A DNA stretch of 64,000 bases from an uncultured delta proteobacterium. GTDB taxonomy: Bacteria; Desulfobacterota; Binatia; UBA9968. The translations under genes were made by a program, and so were the position numbers. How positions within the stretch are numbered: the stretch's first letter is position 1; each line of letters starts with the position of its first letter. Below the pieces are notes generated by a model, which saw only the letters and a list, made by a program, of their open reading frames with translations, ran no database searches and was not told where the DNA came from. Where the stretch lies: NCBI GenBank assembly GCA_963745835.1, contig CAVUZH010000022.1, positions 224,001 through 288,000 of the forward strand, given 5' to 3'. Positions 63,180 to 64,000 of the stretch are shown piece after piece.

Positions 63180-63630
63180 TCATTTTTTTGGCGGATAAAA
63201 GACCTTTAAAGCAATGACTTGATAATTGTCGCTTTGGGAATATTCAACCCGTGTGACATAATTTATCTTTTCAAGTTCCGGTGAGCTGGAAGCGTAAACG
63301 CGGATAAATTTCTCGATCGTCATCTCCGGCCTGCAGTACGGAACCATCCTTCCTGTCATTGCCGATCGTAAAAGCCTGAGTGGCGCTTGCTTGCCTAGGC
63401 TGTAGGTCGGGAATTTTGCAAATCCGTTTAACCCTCGAATCGAACCATACACCGTCTGCCATTTCGAATATTTGAGACAACCGGGATTGTTGTACTTCAT
63501 CCCCCAGCGTCTTCGGATCATTGTTATGCGTCTCCACCTTCTCCATGGCGCGGCCGAGCTCTTCAACTCGGGATTTTTTCGGGATCGCGACGGGTTTGAA
63601 TGCTTCCAGACTAATCCGTCGCATCTGTTT
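63180..63630 (-). pseudogene. phage-like NNPG-motif (lysozyme-like / virion protein-like) gene, frameshifted
   Basis: RAMEKVE...NNPGCL...FAKFPT...G..A...LL...TIEKFI..YA...NYV across two frames. Confidence 0.55.
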
Positions 63631-63829
63631 TGGGCTAGGGCGTTTCTGTTCTGCTCGCGGAGTCGGATGAGATGGGACAGCACGGCCCACTGGGGATTGG
63701 GCTGTTCCCCTGAGCACCGATGAGATCGCGAAGGCTATCGGCCGGAGCGTGCCGCGCATCGGCAATATTCTTGGGCACCTTGAGGCTGGCCGCGGTGGTC
63801 GATATGAGACCAGTACGGATAGGGTCTTC

Positions 63830-64000
63830 CGTAAGCGGTAAACTTTGCTCCGGTGTCTGATCCTGAAAATTCTTACGAGTTTCCGACCATCATTAATCTC
63901 ATAGACCGCTCTGTAATCGCCGATCCGGATTCGCCAGTCGTTCTTGGAGCCGACTAACTGTGGCAGCCAAATGGGCGTGGATTGTCTGCGAGCGCTTTAA
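63830..64000 (-). CDS. RelE/ParE-family toxin, partial at window edge
   Basis: manual translation KALADNPRPFGC.LVGSKNDWRIRIGDYRAVYEIND..V.IFRIRHR..VYR. Confidence 0.85.

Overview
Bacterial chromosomal window of moderately high GC. The gene content (many orphan solute-binding proteins, a TctC-like protein, an amidohydrolase and a multi-GAF kinase) resembles soil Candidatus Binatia-type genomes; this taxonomy is inference only. The dominant feature is a ~21 kb head-to-tail array (6.7-27.7 kb) of 18 paralogous COG2984/ABC_sub_bind-type substrate-binding protein (SBP) genes plus one 54-bp tail remnant, with no permease or ATPase in the window. Most junctions start at the conserved 3' end (...GTGATCAAGTGA) with degenerate 7-nt-period repeats, often paired with complementary 7-mers in the next gene's signal-peptide region. 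Foreign cargo (a VapBC-type toxin-antitoxin module and a block of small ORFs) sits at these junctions flanked by copies of the conserved tail, and junction and body segments appear shuffled between paralogs. This suggests a cassette-like, recombining receptor repertoire. Downstream lie a truncated haemoglobin and a ~6.7 kb soluble histidine kinase with 11 tandem GAF domains. The rest of the window holds an ECF sigma/anti-sigma/DUF4139 locus with two matching ECF promoters, housekeeping genes (argJ, oligopeptidase B, GH63-like glucosidase and others), a candidate structured ncRNA, and a mobile/defence-like right end (RAYT remnants, IS256 with target duplication, DUF6883/DUF4926, a DUF1524 fragment and RelE). 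Many single-base frameshifts in the repetitive regions may be sequencing or polishing errors. No rRNA, tRNA or CRISPR was found.
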